Below, piece by piece: positions 47,499 to 55,917 of a DNA stretch of 64,000 bases. The stretch covers positions 1,135 through 65,134 of the forward strand of contig WGMT01000060.1 in the NCBI GenBank assembly GCA_016124945.1. Reading direction: 5' to 3'. Positions within the stretch are counted from its first letter, which is position 1, and every line of letters begins with the position of its first letter. Both the position numbers and the translations under genes were made by a program. This DNA is from a bacterium (GTDB lineage Bacteria; Chloroflexota; Anaerolineae; Caldilineales; Caldilineaceae). The notes beneath the pieces are model-generated. The model was not told the DNA's origin. It made no database searches and saw only the letters and a program-made list of their open reading frames with translations.

Positions 47499-47617
47499 AT
47501 GAACTTACATCTGAAATGAACTTACATCTGAAATGAACTTACATCTGAAATGAACTTACATCTGAAATGAACTTACATCTGAAATGAACTTACATCTGAA
47601 ATGAACTTACATCTGAA
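47499..47617. repeat. Tandem repeat, 17-bp unit ATGAACTTACATCTGAA x7 (all perfect)
   Basis: Read directly. The TAA stop (47607-47609) and the last three codons of the upstream 100-aa ORF lie inside the terminal copy. Confidence 0.95.
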
Positions 47618-47909
47618 ACGTACGGCTATTCTGTGCAACAACACGTTGCCCATAATTTGTCACGTACAAAAGAAGTTTCCCGTGCAGTTTCTTCCATTCA
47701 GGGCTTTGCAAAATCGCATGAATCTTTTCTAAGCTACTCACTTCACCAATGGTCAGCATCTGTGGACCGTTACCAAATATTGTATACCATACTTCAGCCG
47801 GCTCAATGCCCAATTGCATCAAACCGGGCGCAAATTCACGCATTACAAACTCGAAGTAAGGCTGTTCACGTCCAACTTTGATGTCCCACTTCATCAACAA
47901 CCTGACCAT
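47607..47909 (-). CDS. Hypothetical 100-aa protein
   Basis: Clean ORF in the AT-rich islet with no motif I recognise. Coding status rests on length and lack of competitors. Confidence 0.5.
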   Translation of the reverse strand: MVRLLMKWDIKVGREQPYFEFVMREFAPGLMQLGIEPAEVWYTIFGNGPQMLTIGEVSSLEKIHAILQSPEWKKLHGKLLLYVTNYGQRVVAQNSRTFQM

Positions 47910-48173
47910 GGAAGCGAATACCCTCCGCGATTGGCATATTTCTCGTTATTTCTCATACCGTTTTATTATAAATGGAACGGCAATAGAGCTTTTGCTCGTT
48001 CTCACTAGGTTCTGTTGTCATTTACCGTGGGTCCTCTGGAGAGAATTGTTGCTTAACGCCAAATCGGTAGGAGGAGATCCACGAAATGCCAATACAACCT
48101 GACAACATTCTTCAACTGGCTGAAGTCAATATTTTGCCAACGTCTATTCAGCCAAGATACGGTTAGCATAACA

Positions 48174-50261
48174 GTGCCAAGATACCAAAAGCCCATCAGA
48201 TTTGCAACTCCTCATCTAATTCACCTCTGGCTGGGATTGTTGGTGCTTTGCACCAGCCCGCTTTGGAGTGGACGCGTGGCAGAAGCTCGCCCCGTGCAGC
48301 AGTCACCCACGATAGATCCCATACACTTGTATTTACTGCCGCTGACAGACACATCTGTACGGCTTATGACTCACACCTTTGATGTTGACGTACGGCTCGA
48401 AAATGAACAAACGGTATTCCTCGTCAACGCCGGTTACAGACTTCATAACACAACACGGGAAAGCCAGACCGTGCTACTGCAAGTGATCCCATCCCCAGCC
48501 CAGACAACCCAAGGTCTCCCAGAAGGTGTTGCGCTGGCCGTGGATGGACAGGTGCTGCCGCTGCAACCTACCGGCACCGGCTATCCTCAAACCAGCCAGG
48601 TGACCATTGCCGCGGATGGACGCCGCCTGCTCACGCTGACCTACCAGGTGCGCAGCAACGCCGTTGACCTTGGTACCTTTCGTTATGCTCCTCGTTTACT
48701 TGACCCTTGGGCCGGGCGGCCTGAAAGTTGGCGCATTACACTTAACCTCCCAGGCGAAACATCCGGCTCGTTACCCGCCGAAAGCTGGGTAACCACCTCG
48801 CCTGATTCGTGGACATATAACGGTCGCAGGCTACAGTGGCTACAAGAAGGCGCGTTTCCCCAACAACCATTCGTACTCCAGTGGATCGCACCGCCCCTCT
48901 GGCGTTCTCTGGCTGAGACACGTCAACTGCTCACTACCGAACCAACTCTAGAACGATTCCTGACACTGGGCGATCGATACAATCGGCTCTACCGAGCACC
49001 ACAGATCGAGGACGGTGCACGCCGCCGATTCTATGCCCAGGCATTGGCCGCCTACAGCGACGGCATCACCTACGTGCAGCAGGTGGGGCTACCTTCGACA
49101 GAGTTGGCCGCAGTGCACCGCGCCCTGGCAACCCTCTATCGCAGCCGTAGCATCGGCAGCAACGGAGAGGTCGATCCTGCCTACATCGATCTGATGGTGC
49201 AAGAAATCGAGCGCGCGCTGACAACGCTCCCCCAGGACGATGGCCGCCGCACAGAACTCACCCAATGGCTAGCGCAAGGACTGGAGACACAACTCCGGCA
49301 AGCCCAACAACAGGCAAATTGGTCTCAGGCGGCAACTATTCTTGAACAGATGGCGACACTGCCTAACTTTGATCCTGCCTGGATCGCCTCGGAACGACAA
49401 CTCATCGAGCTACAACAAGCCCTCATCCTGCTTGGTCAAGACAACCAGGACGCCGCCCTTGCACTGGCAGGCGCCGCCATCCTCGATGAATCTTTGCTGC
49501 CGCCGCCCGAAAATCGAGCACTCTTTGCCGGCTGGCAGGTGACACTGACACTGGGACTCAACGAAAACGCGCTTCAGCTTGTCGCTTCACCTGTGGAAGG
49601 GCGCCAAGATACAGCGCGCCTGGTCGCCGATCAGCTTGAACAGGCGTGGCAGAATGCCGGGGCAACCGGCGCCCAGGTTTTCTTCATGGCGGATGGCCGC
49701 CTGCGCATCGACCTATCGTCACAGGCATTGACCGAAGGACGGCTTGTCCTCGCTCGCTCAGTGCCGCCTTTAACCGATTGGGCGCTTTTGCGTACGCTTC
49801 TGGCTTCACTCGATCCCTCTGTCAACCGTAGCAATCACTGGGTCTGGGATCGAGTGGAGATTGCCCAATACATCGATCTACGCGCCGCTTCGGATCAATG
49901 GCGTGGTGTGGCAGCACTGCTAGAACGACAGGCCGCCGACATTCAATTCGTCTCCGCCGGCACAGACACGCAATCGGTAGACGCCGTTCAGGCTGAGATT
50001 CGCCCTCAGTTACACCAGAACTACCTGACAAGCGAAGCACAAATCTGGCAGAACGCGGTCCGTGGCAGTACCGTCCGGGTTGAGGTCTTGGTAGGTGCAG
50101 AGCGCGATCCGGCCCGCGTTTGGATTGTACAGATGAGTGATGCGCCACAGACACTTTCTTTCCAAACCGAAGTGTTAAGCGGCCCACGTTTACTGATGGC
50201 AGTGCTCATCCTATTGGTTTTGATACTGGTACTCGCTGGGTTGCTCTGGCTACTACTCTAA
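48174..50261 (+). CDS. Uncharacterised exported protein with N-terminal signal and C-terminal TM anchor
   Basis: 695-aa ORF with a GTG start. N-terminal hydrophobic segment (LIHLWLGLLVLCTSPLW), C-terminal LLMAVLILLVLILVLAGLLWLLL, and a helical repeat-like middle. Sits immediately upstream of the transglutaminase gene. Confidence 0.65.
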   Translation: MPRYQKPIRFATPHLIHLWLGLLVLCTSPLWSGRVAEARPVQQSPTIDPIHLYLLPLTDTSVRLMTHTFDVDVRLENEQTVFLVNAGYRLHNTTRESQTVLLQVIPSPAQTTQGLPEGVALAVDGQVLPLQPTGTGYPQTSQVTIAADGRRLLTLTYQVRSNAVDLGTFRYAPRLLDPWAGRPESWRITLNLPGETSGSLPAESWVTTSPDSWTYNGRRLQWLQEGAFPQQPFVLQWIAPPLWRSLAETRQLLTTEPTLERFLTLGDRYNRLYRAPQIEDGARRRFYAQALAAYSDGITYVQQVGLPSTELAAVHRALATLYRSRSIGSNGEVDPAYIDLMVQEIERALTTLPQDDGRRTELTQWLAQGLETQLRQAQQQANWSQAATILEQMATLPNFDPAWIASERQLIELQQALILLGQDNQDAALALAGAAILDESLLPPPENRALFAGWQVTLTLGLNENALQLVASPVEGRQDTARLVADQLEQAWQNAGATGAQVFFMADGRLRIDLSSQALTEGRLVLARSVPPLTDWALLRTLLASLDPSVNRSNHWVWDRVEIAQYIDLRAASDQWRGVAALLERQAADIQFVSAGTDTQSVDAVQAEIRPQLHQNYLTSEAQIWQNAVRGSTVRVEVLVGAERDPARVWIVQMSDAPQTLSFQTEVLSGPRLLMAVLILLVLILVLAGLLWLLL

Positions 50262-50414
50262 GGGTTAGGGTATAAGCGGTTTTTCGTAGCAGACAAAAGA
50301 TGCGGTACACTGGTGTTAGGTTCTGTGAGACATTGACAGTGCAGTCTCCTTCTCTTCGTGCAGATGGTAGGCAGTGACCCCACCTGTTGCTACCTTTGAA
50401 AACCAGCTAAATCC

Positions 50415-52847
50415 ATGTCCATCAACGCAAACCGGCGCGGCCTGAACAGCCCGATGAATGTTCCGCCGCCCCAAACCAATACAAATCTGTCCTCACCCTC
50501 GTCACCCGCTGCAGCAGAAACACATTACAGCCTGGCACACTTTCAAGAAGGCCGCACCGGGATCATCCTCTTGATGGGGATGCTCTACTTGCTGCTGGCC
50601 TTTTCACTTGACGCCGCCGGCTGGGTGGCCAACATGGGGATCCTCATCCCTGTGGTCCTTGGCGCGCTGGCAATGGGTGTTCTCATGTCTTTCAGCCGTT
50701 TCGACGGCTTTTTCATGCTCTCCCACAGCCTGTCCACCGGCCTGGCCTGGGTCTTCTTCTGGATGACAAGGCTGGTAGGAGAAGAACAGCGCGTCCGCAT
50801 TTTTGTGGAACACGGCGTGCCCGATCTACAAGCCCGCGCCTACTTTCTGCTGGAACGTTGGCTGGAGTGGGTAGAGGCCGCACTCAGTGGCACGGCCAGC
50901 AACGACAACTACGTCTTCATCCTCGAAATTAGCTTTTTGCTCTGGTGGCTGGCCTACCTCGGCGCTTGGACGGTACTACGCCACGGCTACGTCTGGCGCG
51001 GCGTAATGCTCGCCGGCGTCGCCATCCTCGTCAACACCTACTACGCGCCCCAACCAGTCACCGGCCTACTGGTGACCTTCTGCATCGTCTCGCTCCTGCT
51101 CCTGGCGTGGACGAACCTCATCTCGCACCGGCAGCGCTGGCGATTCGAACGCATCCGCTTCAACCAGGACATCGCCTTCGACTTCATGCGCAACGGCGTC
51201 TACTACGCCATCGCCGTCATCTCGATTGCCTTCATCGCGCCGAACCTGGGCCGCAACGCCCAGTTCAACCAGTGGATGTCCCCCATCAATCAACAATGGG
51301 AAAGCGTAACCGAAGAATGGGATCGGCTATACCAGGGCATCAACCGGCAGACAATCCCGGTGCAGAGCGCCTTCGGCCGTTCGCTTACACTGGGCGGCGA
51401 ACGCAACGTCACCGCGCAGCCGGTCATGCAGGTGGCATCGGTGGAAGGCCGTTACTGGCGCGCTGTGACCTTCGACACCTTCACCGGGCGACAGTGGCTC
51501 AACACCACTACCGCCGAAGTGGAATACGAAGCCAACGAGACAATCCCAGTCATCAATTGGACAGCGCGCAGCGTGGTGACACAGACGGTGACCATGCTGG
51601 CCCCCAGCGGCAGCATCCTCTTTGGTGCGCCGGACATTGTGCGCGCCTCGGTGCCGATAGCTGGGCTGCAGACGCCTGTGCTTAGCCTCCCCGAAGCAGA
51701 GGAAATCCAACCCGGGCAGGGTGAAATCACCTGGAGCCGCTCGCGCACCCCCCTCAACGAAGGGGACCGTTACACCGTCGCCAGTAACTACACCGCCGTC
51801 ACCGTTCGTGAACTGCGTGAAAGCGGCAGCGACTATCCAGCAGAAATCCTGGAGACATACCTCCAGTTGCCCGAAACCTTCTCGCCGCGCGTCGCAGCGC
51901 TTGCTCAAGAAGTAATCCAGGGGCAAGAGACCACCTACGACATCGCCAAAGCGCTGGAACGCTTTCTACGCAGCAACTACGAGTACAACGAAGAGATCGC
52001 CGCCCCCACCGCAGAACAAGATCCCGTAGAATACTTCCTCTTCGACATTCGCCAGGGTTACTGCGATTACTACGCCACGTCGATGGCGGTGATGCTGCGT
52101 AGCCTGGGCATCCCGGCGCGCACGGCCAGTGGTTACGCCGAAGGCACCTACGACAACGAAACCAACACCTTCATCATCACCGAACGCGACGCCCACACCT
52201 GGGTTGAGGTCTACTTCCCCCAATACGGCTGGATTGAATTTGAACCGACTGCCGGTGAAAGTACGCTCAATCGGCCCGAAGGCATCGATCCACAAGAGGA
52301 GCAGAGTGGACAGAACACGCCCAACAACCTGCCCAACGGGGATCAACCCCAGATGGACGATTTCATGGACGAGAACTTCGACCAGTTCAACAACGTTGAT
52401 CCCGGCTTCTTCGAAGACGCACGTGGCGCCGCCAATCGCAACTGGCTCTGGATCAGCATTGCGCTGACCGTGGTGGCATTGGTCGGTGGCTGGTGGCTGC
52501 TTCGTCGCCGTCTCTATCAGGGACCAGACACCTTTGAAGCCGAGCCGCCCAACCTCTTCTATGAACGCCTCACCGATTGGGGACAGCGTCTGGGCATTCT
52601 TTCGCCGTCTACGCGTACACCCTACGAGCGAGGACGCGATCTAGTACAGCAAATACCGCCCGGCGAACCCTACATCGATCGCATCACCGACATCTACGTC
52701 CATCATCGTTTTGCCCAGCGCCGCGCCATTCCACAGGACGCCTCAGGCGAGTTGGCCCAAAACTGGCAGTTACTGCGCCCAATTCTCTGGCGATCCTGGT
52801 TCGAGCGCCAATTCCGTCGTCTCAGTCGGCGCAAACCACGCACATAA
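50415..52847 (+). CDS. TgpA-like transglutaminase-domain membrane protein
   Basis: N-terminal multi-TM block, then a transglutaminase core (GYCDYYATSMAVMLRSLGIPAR...DAHTWVEVYFPQYGWIEFEPT), a further TM segment and a C-terminal DUF4129-like tail. Confidence 0.85.
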   Translation: MSINANRRGLNSPMNVPPPQTNTNLSSPSSPAAAETHYSLAHFQEGRTGIILLMGMLYLLLAFSLDAAGWVANMGILIPVVLGALAMGVLMSFSRFDGFFMLSHSLSTGLAWVFFWMTRLVGEEQRVRIFVEHGVPDLQARAYFLLERWLEWVEAALSGTASNDNYVFILEISFLLWWLAYLGAWTVLRHGYVWRGVMLAGVAILVNTYYAPQPVTGLLVTFCIVSLLLLAWTNLISHRQRWRFERIRFNQDIAFDFMRNGVYYAIAVISIAFIAPNLGRNAQFNQWMSPINQQWESVTEEWDRLYQGINRQTIPVQSAFGRSLTLGGERNVTAQPVMQVASVEGRYWRAVTFDTFTGRQWLNTTTAEVEYEANETIPVINWTARSVVTQTVTMLAPSGSILFGAPDIVRASVPIAGLQTPVLSLPEAEEIQPGQGEITWSRSRTPLNEGDRYTVASNYTAVTVRELRESGSDYPAEILETYLQLPETFSPRVAALAQEVIQGQETTYDIAKALERFLRSNYEYNEEIAAPTAEQDPVEYFLFDIRQGYCDYYATSMAVMLRSLGIPARTASGYAEGTYDNETNTFIITERDAHTWVEVYFPQYGWIEFEPTAGESTLNRPEGIDPQEEQSGQNTPNNLPNGDQPQMDDFMDENFDQFNNVDPGFFEDARGAANRNWLWISIALTVVALVGGWWLLRRRLYQGPDTFEAEPPNLFYERLTDWGQRLGILSPSTRTPYERGRDLVQQIPPGEPYIDRITDIYVHHRFAQRRAIPQDASGELAQNWQLLRPILWRSWFERQFRRLSRRKPRT

Positions 52848-52866
52848 AATTCGTGTAATCAGTGCC

Positions 52867-53034
52867 TCCGCTGCAAAAAACAGAGATCAACCACAAAGAA
52901 CGCAGAGAACACAAAGATTTCCACTCTATTTCTTTGTGCTCTTTGTGCTCTTTGTGCTCTTTGTGCTCTTTGTGCTCTTTGTGCTCTTTGTGCTCTTTGT
53001 GCTCTCTGGGGTTAAAAAGGCTTTTTGCAGTGGA
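52867..53034 (+). repeat. MITE-like palindromic element, copy 2 (168 bp), with internal 9-bp VNTR CTCTTTGTG x7 perfect (52939-53001)
   Basis: Same termini as copy 1 (TCCGCTGCAAAAAA / CTTTTTGCAGTGGA) and the same roughly 53-bp core as 30104-30218 in opposite orientation. The 9-mer, present once or twice in copy 1, is expanded here. Starts 20 nt after the transglutaminase stop. Confidence 0.9.
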
Positions 53035-53190
53035 ATCATCAGCCGATAAACACCGACTTCTGCACCATACTGGAATCTAGGTGTATTGACAGTCTTGTCC
53101 AGTGGTGGCGAAATTGTTACGCTGGAGTCGATCAGTGGCCGGTGCAAAGTACCCTGGCCCACGCCGGCCTTCATCGACAAGGATCGTACA

Positions 53191-54726
53191 ATGCAGAGGA
53201 ATCTTTCTCGAGATTGGCCTCAACGCCTGCACAGCACGCTGTTGCTTGTCTTCGTTGCGATTCTCAGCATCGCTTTTGCGTTTCATCGTTCATTTGCTCC
53301 GGCCCAGGCGCAGGATTCGCCGCAAGCTTTCCCAAACGTCCCTCGCATTCACCTGCCTTACATCCCCAGCCCAGATGCGCAGAACCCCGTCCGCTTTGCT
53401 GAGACGGCGATTTTCTGGCTAGGCGCTGTCAACAGCGAAGACAACTACAGCGACGTGCGCGTCGGCTACAATGACGATCTCCTCTACATCTACATCGCTA
53501 CCTTTGATCGCCAGATGTGGTACGACACCAATCCCGTTGATCCCAATGCCCTTGCCGAATGGGACGCCGTCACACTCTACTTGACCACAGGCACAGATGC
53601 GACGCGCCACCGGCTCACCGTACAGACCCGTCACTGGCAGGACGGCGCAGCCTATCAAGCGGCCTGGCAGGACGACGGCTCGGGCTGGGCACCCGGCAAT
53701 CTAGCATTCACAGGGCAGAGCGGCTGGCGCGGAGATCTGCCCAACGACAACAGCGCCGACGAGCGAGGTTGGGCGATCACGGTGCAGATGCCGTTTAGCG
53801 GCTTGGGTTTGGCCGCACCACCCGCCGCGGGGACAGCCTGGCGACTCGGCCTCACCGTCCACGATCGCGACAGCGCCGACGGCCCGGCGCGGACGCCCCA
53901 AACGTGGCCGAGCGCCCTCTCCGCCGAGGACGTGTCCACCTGGGGCGAGTTTGTCTTCGGGCAGGCAGACTACACGCCGCTACCGGCACGAGAGCCGCAG
54001 TCCGTCATGATTTACGACAAGGCACAGGAAGGGCTCCACGTGCCCGATGCCGCCGTGGGTGGCGGCGCCATCTGCGGTGAAGGACTGGATTTTTGGGATG
54101 AATGGGGAGATGCCAACTATGCCGGACGTGGCGATTTCAACATCCAAAACCAATCCGATGTGGCAGATTGGCCCTGCTTCTCGAAATATTACGTCACCTT
54201 CCCCCTCAATGCGCTGCCGACCGGGCAGGGGATCGTCTCCGCCACGTTGACGCTGCACCTCTTCGGCACAGCGGGTGGCGGTGATTGGGGCGGCCCCGCG
54301 CCCTCACTGATCCAGGCAGGCGTGGCCGACGCCGATTGGGACGAAACACAGATCACGTGGAACAACGCGCCCTACCTGCTCGAAAACATCTCGTCCACAT
54401 GGGTGCAGCCTGTGGCAGACTTCCCCGGTTGGCCGGGCATACCTTATGATTGGGATGTGAGCCGCGCCGTTGCCGATGCCTATGCACGAGGAATCCCACT
54501 GCGGCTGGTGCTCTATTCCGCCGACAGCGACTACCATAGCGGTAAGTACTTCGTCTCTTCGGACACAGGCGATTGGAACGTCGCCGGTCGCCCGTCACTC
54601 ACCGTCACCTTCGGCCAGGCAGACGCGACGCCACTGCCGACAGCAACGCCCCAGGCAACGCTAACACCGACGCCGCCCCAGCAAGGCTATCTTCGCTATC
54701 TGCCAAACTTAACCAAAGCGCAGTAA
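53191..54726 (+). CDS. Secreted protein with CBM9/DOMON-like N-terminal domain and DNRLRE-like C-terminal domain
   Basis: ATG 53191 gives the signal peptide MQRNLSRDWPQRLHSTLLLVFVAILSIAFAF. The blocks ..VRVGYNDDLLYIYIATFD.. and ..SATLTLHLFG..DADWDETQITWNNAPY.. support the domain calls. Ends in a PT-rich tail. The ORF is open from 53086. Confidence 0.6.
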   Translation: MQRNLSRDWPQRLHSTLLLVFVAILSIAFAFHRSFAPAQAQDSPQAFPNVPRIHLPYIPSPDAQNPVRFAETAIFWLGAVNSEDNYSDVRVGYNDDLLYIYIATFDRQMWYDTNPVDPNALAEWDAVTLYLTTGTDATRHRLTVQTRHWQDGAAYQAAWQDDGSGWAPGNLAFTGQSGWRGDLPNDNSADERGWAITVQMPFSGLGLAAPPAAGTAWRLGLTVHDRDSADGPARTPQTWPSALSAEDVSTWGEFVFGQADYTPLPAREPQSVMIYDKAQEGLHVPDAAVGGGAICGEGLDFWDEWGDANYAGRGDFNIQNQSDVADWPCFSKYYVTFPLNALPTGQGIVSATLTLHLFGTAGGGDWGGPAPSLIQAGVADADWDETQITWNNAPYLLENISSTWVQPVADFPGWPGIPYDWDVSRAVADAYARGIPLRLVLYSADSDYHSGKYFVSSDTGDWNVAGRPSLTVTFGQADATPLPTATPQATLTPTPPQQGYLRYLPNLTKAQ

Positions 54727-54747
54727 AAAGCACCGAAAGGATCTCCA

Positions 54748-55668
54748 ATGACGCCGATCCCAACCCGCCCCAAGACAGTCGCCCCTGCCGTAGACGCTCA
54801 ACCCGTTACGCCGCCGCTCCGTTTCGATGCGCTGCTGCCCGTGGAAATGGCCGCCAAAGCCGAGACCATCGGTGTGGACAAAGCGCACATGGCCATTCAC
54901 CAGACCTTTGTGCTGGCGATCCTGGCGGGCGCGTTTATTGCGTTGGGTGCGATTTTCGCCGCCACGGTGACAGCGGGGGCAGGTGGTGTCCTCTCGTTTG
55001 GGGTGTCGCGGTTGTTGGGCGGGTTGGCTTTCTGCCTCGGGCTGATCCTGGTGGTGGTGGCCGGCGCTGAATTATTTACCGGCAACAACCTCATCGTCAT
55101 GGCCTGGGCGGATCGGCGGATCTCGATCTTTCATCTGTTGCGCAACTGGGGGATCGTCTACGTGGGTAATTTTGTAGGGTCGGTGGCCACGGCGGCGCTC
55201 GTTTTTTGGGGGCAGCAGTACACCTTCGGCGACGGCGAAGTGGGGATCAGCCTGCTTAAGATCGCCGAAGCCAAGAGTAGCCTCGCCTTCGGGCAGGCGA
55301 TTGCGTTGGGCATCCTCTGCAACGGATTGGTCTGCCTGGCGGTGTGGCTCTGCTACAGCGCCCGTACCACCACAGACAAAATCCTCTCCATCATCTTCCC
55401 AATCACCGCGTTTGTGGCGATGGGCTTTGAACACAGCGTGGCCAACATGTTTTTCATTCCGATGGCGATTTTCATCAAAGTTGGTGCTGCCGACAGCTTC
55501 TGGTCGCTCATCGGTGCATCACCGCTGGATTTTCCCAATCTCACCTGGGCCAACTTCTGGCTCGCCAACCTGTTACCGGTGACCATTGGCAACATCATCG
55601 GCGGCTCACTTTTGGTGGGATTGGTCTACTGGTTTATCTACATTCGGCGGCATACTGAGTCGATTTGA
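54748..55668 (+). CDS. Formate/nitrite transporter (FNT) family channel
   Basis: Motifs LFTGNNL and GFEHSVANMFF in a six-TM layout. Substrate (formate, nitrite or HS-) is not assignable. Confidence 0.9.
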   Translation: MTPIPTRPKTVAPAVDAQPVTPPLRFDALLPVEMAAKAETIGVDKAHMAIHQTFVLAILAGAFIALGAIFAATVTAGAGGVLSFGVSRLLGGLAFCLGLILVVVAGAELFTGNNLIVMAWADRRISIFHLLRNWGIVYVGNFVGSVATAALVFWGQQYTFGDGEVGISLLKIAEAKSSLAFGQAIALGILCNGLVCLAVWLCYSARTTTDKILSIIFPITAFVAMGFEHSVANMFFIPMAIFIKVGAADSFWSLIGASPLDFPNLTWANFWLANLLPVTIGNIIGGSLLVGLVYWFIYIRRHTESI

Positions 55669-55762
55669 GCCGATTCTTCTCCTTGGGCGTCGACTGCAGA
55701 CCGAGATCATCGCGTAGACTTCAGTCACACGCAGTGACAGGTCCACGAACCCAAGGAGAACA

Positions 55763-55912
55763 ATGATGAAATCGCCGGCCACCCTCTTTGCCTACCAGAC
55801 AATGGCGCATCCGAAACATCTCAATTCCCGTTTCGACGAACGCAAAAAAACTATCCACAACGTATGGCGGCTGCGCTGGGTAAAGCTGCTCCTGTTGTTC
55901 ACGTGGAGATGA
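55763..55912 (+). CDS. Candidate small protein (49 aa) with C-terminal hydrophobic helix
   Basis: AAGGAG at 55753-55758 lies 4 nt upstream of ATG 55763. Translation: MMKSPATLFAYQTMAHPKHLNSRFDERKKTIHNVWRLRWVKLLLLFTWR. It falls below the ORF-track cutoff, and the competing antisense ORF 55721-55921 has no Shine-Dalgarno. Confidence 0.4.
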   Translation: MMKSPATLFAYQTMAHPKHLNSRFDERKKTIHNVWRLRWVKLLLLFTWR

Positions 55913-55917
55913 CAAGG

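Noticed and set aside
45238-47617. The perfect direct repeats at 45238-45387 and 47499-47617 could be CRISPR arrays.
   Set aside because: The units are head to tail with no spacers and are only 17-20 bp long. No cas genes are present. They are simple tandem repeats.
48087-48167. A possible 26-codon leader peptide (MPIQPDNILQLAEVNILPTSIQPRYG) after AGGAGGAG upstream of the 695-aa gene.
   Set aside because: The Shine-Dalgarno spacing is long (about 10 nt), the peptide has no recognisable feature, and conservation cannot be checked. The evidence is too weak to call.
52862-53080. Track ORFs at 52862-53080 and 30146-30526 share the peptide INHKERREHKDFHSISL, suggesting a protein family.
   Set aside because: The shared peptide is the translation of the dispersed MITE-like DNA element. 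The rest of each ORF is unrelated or low-complexity (LCS/FVL repeats from the 9-bp VNTR).
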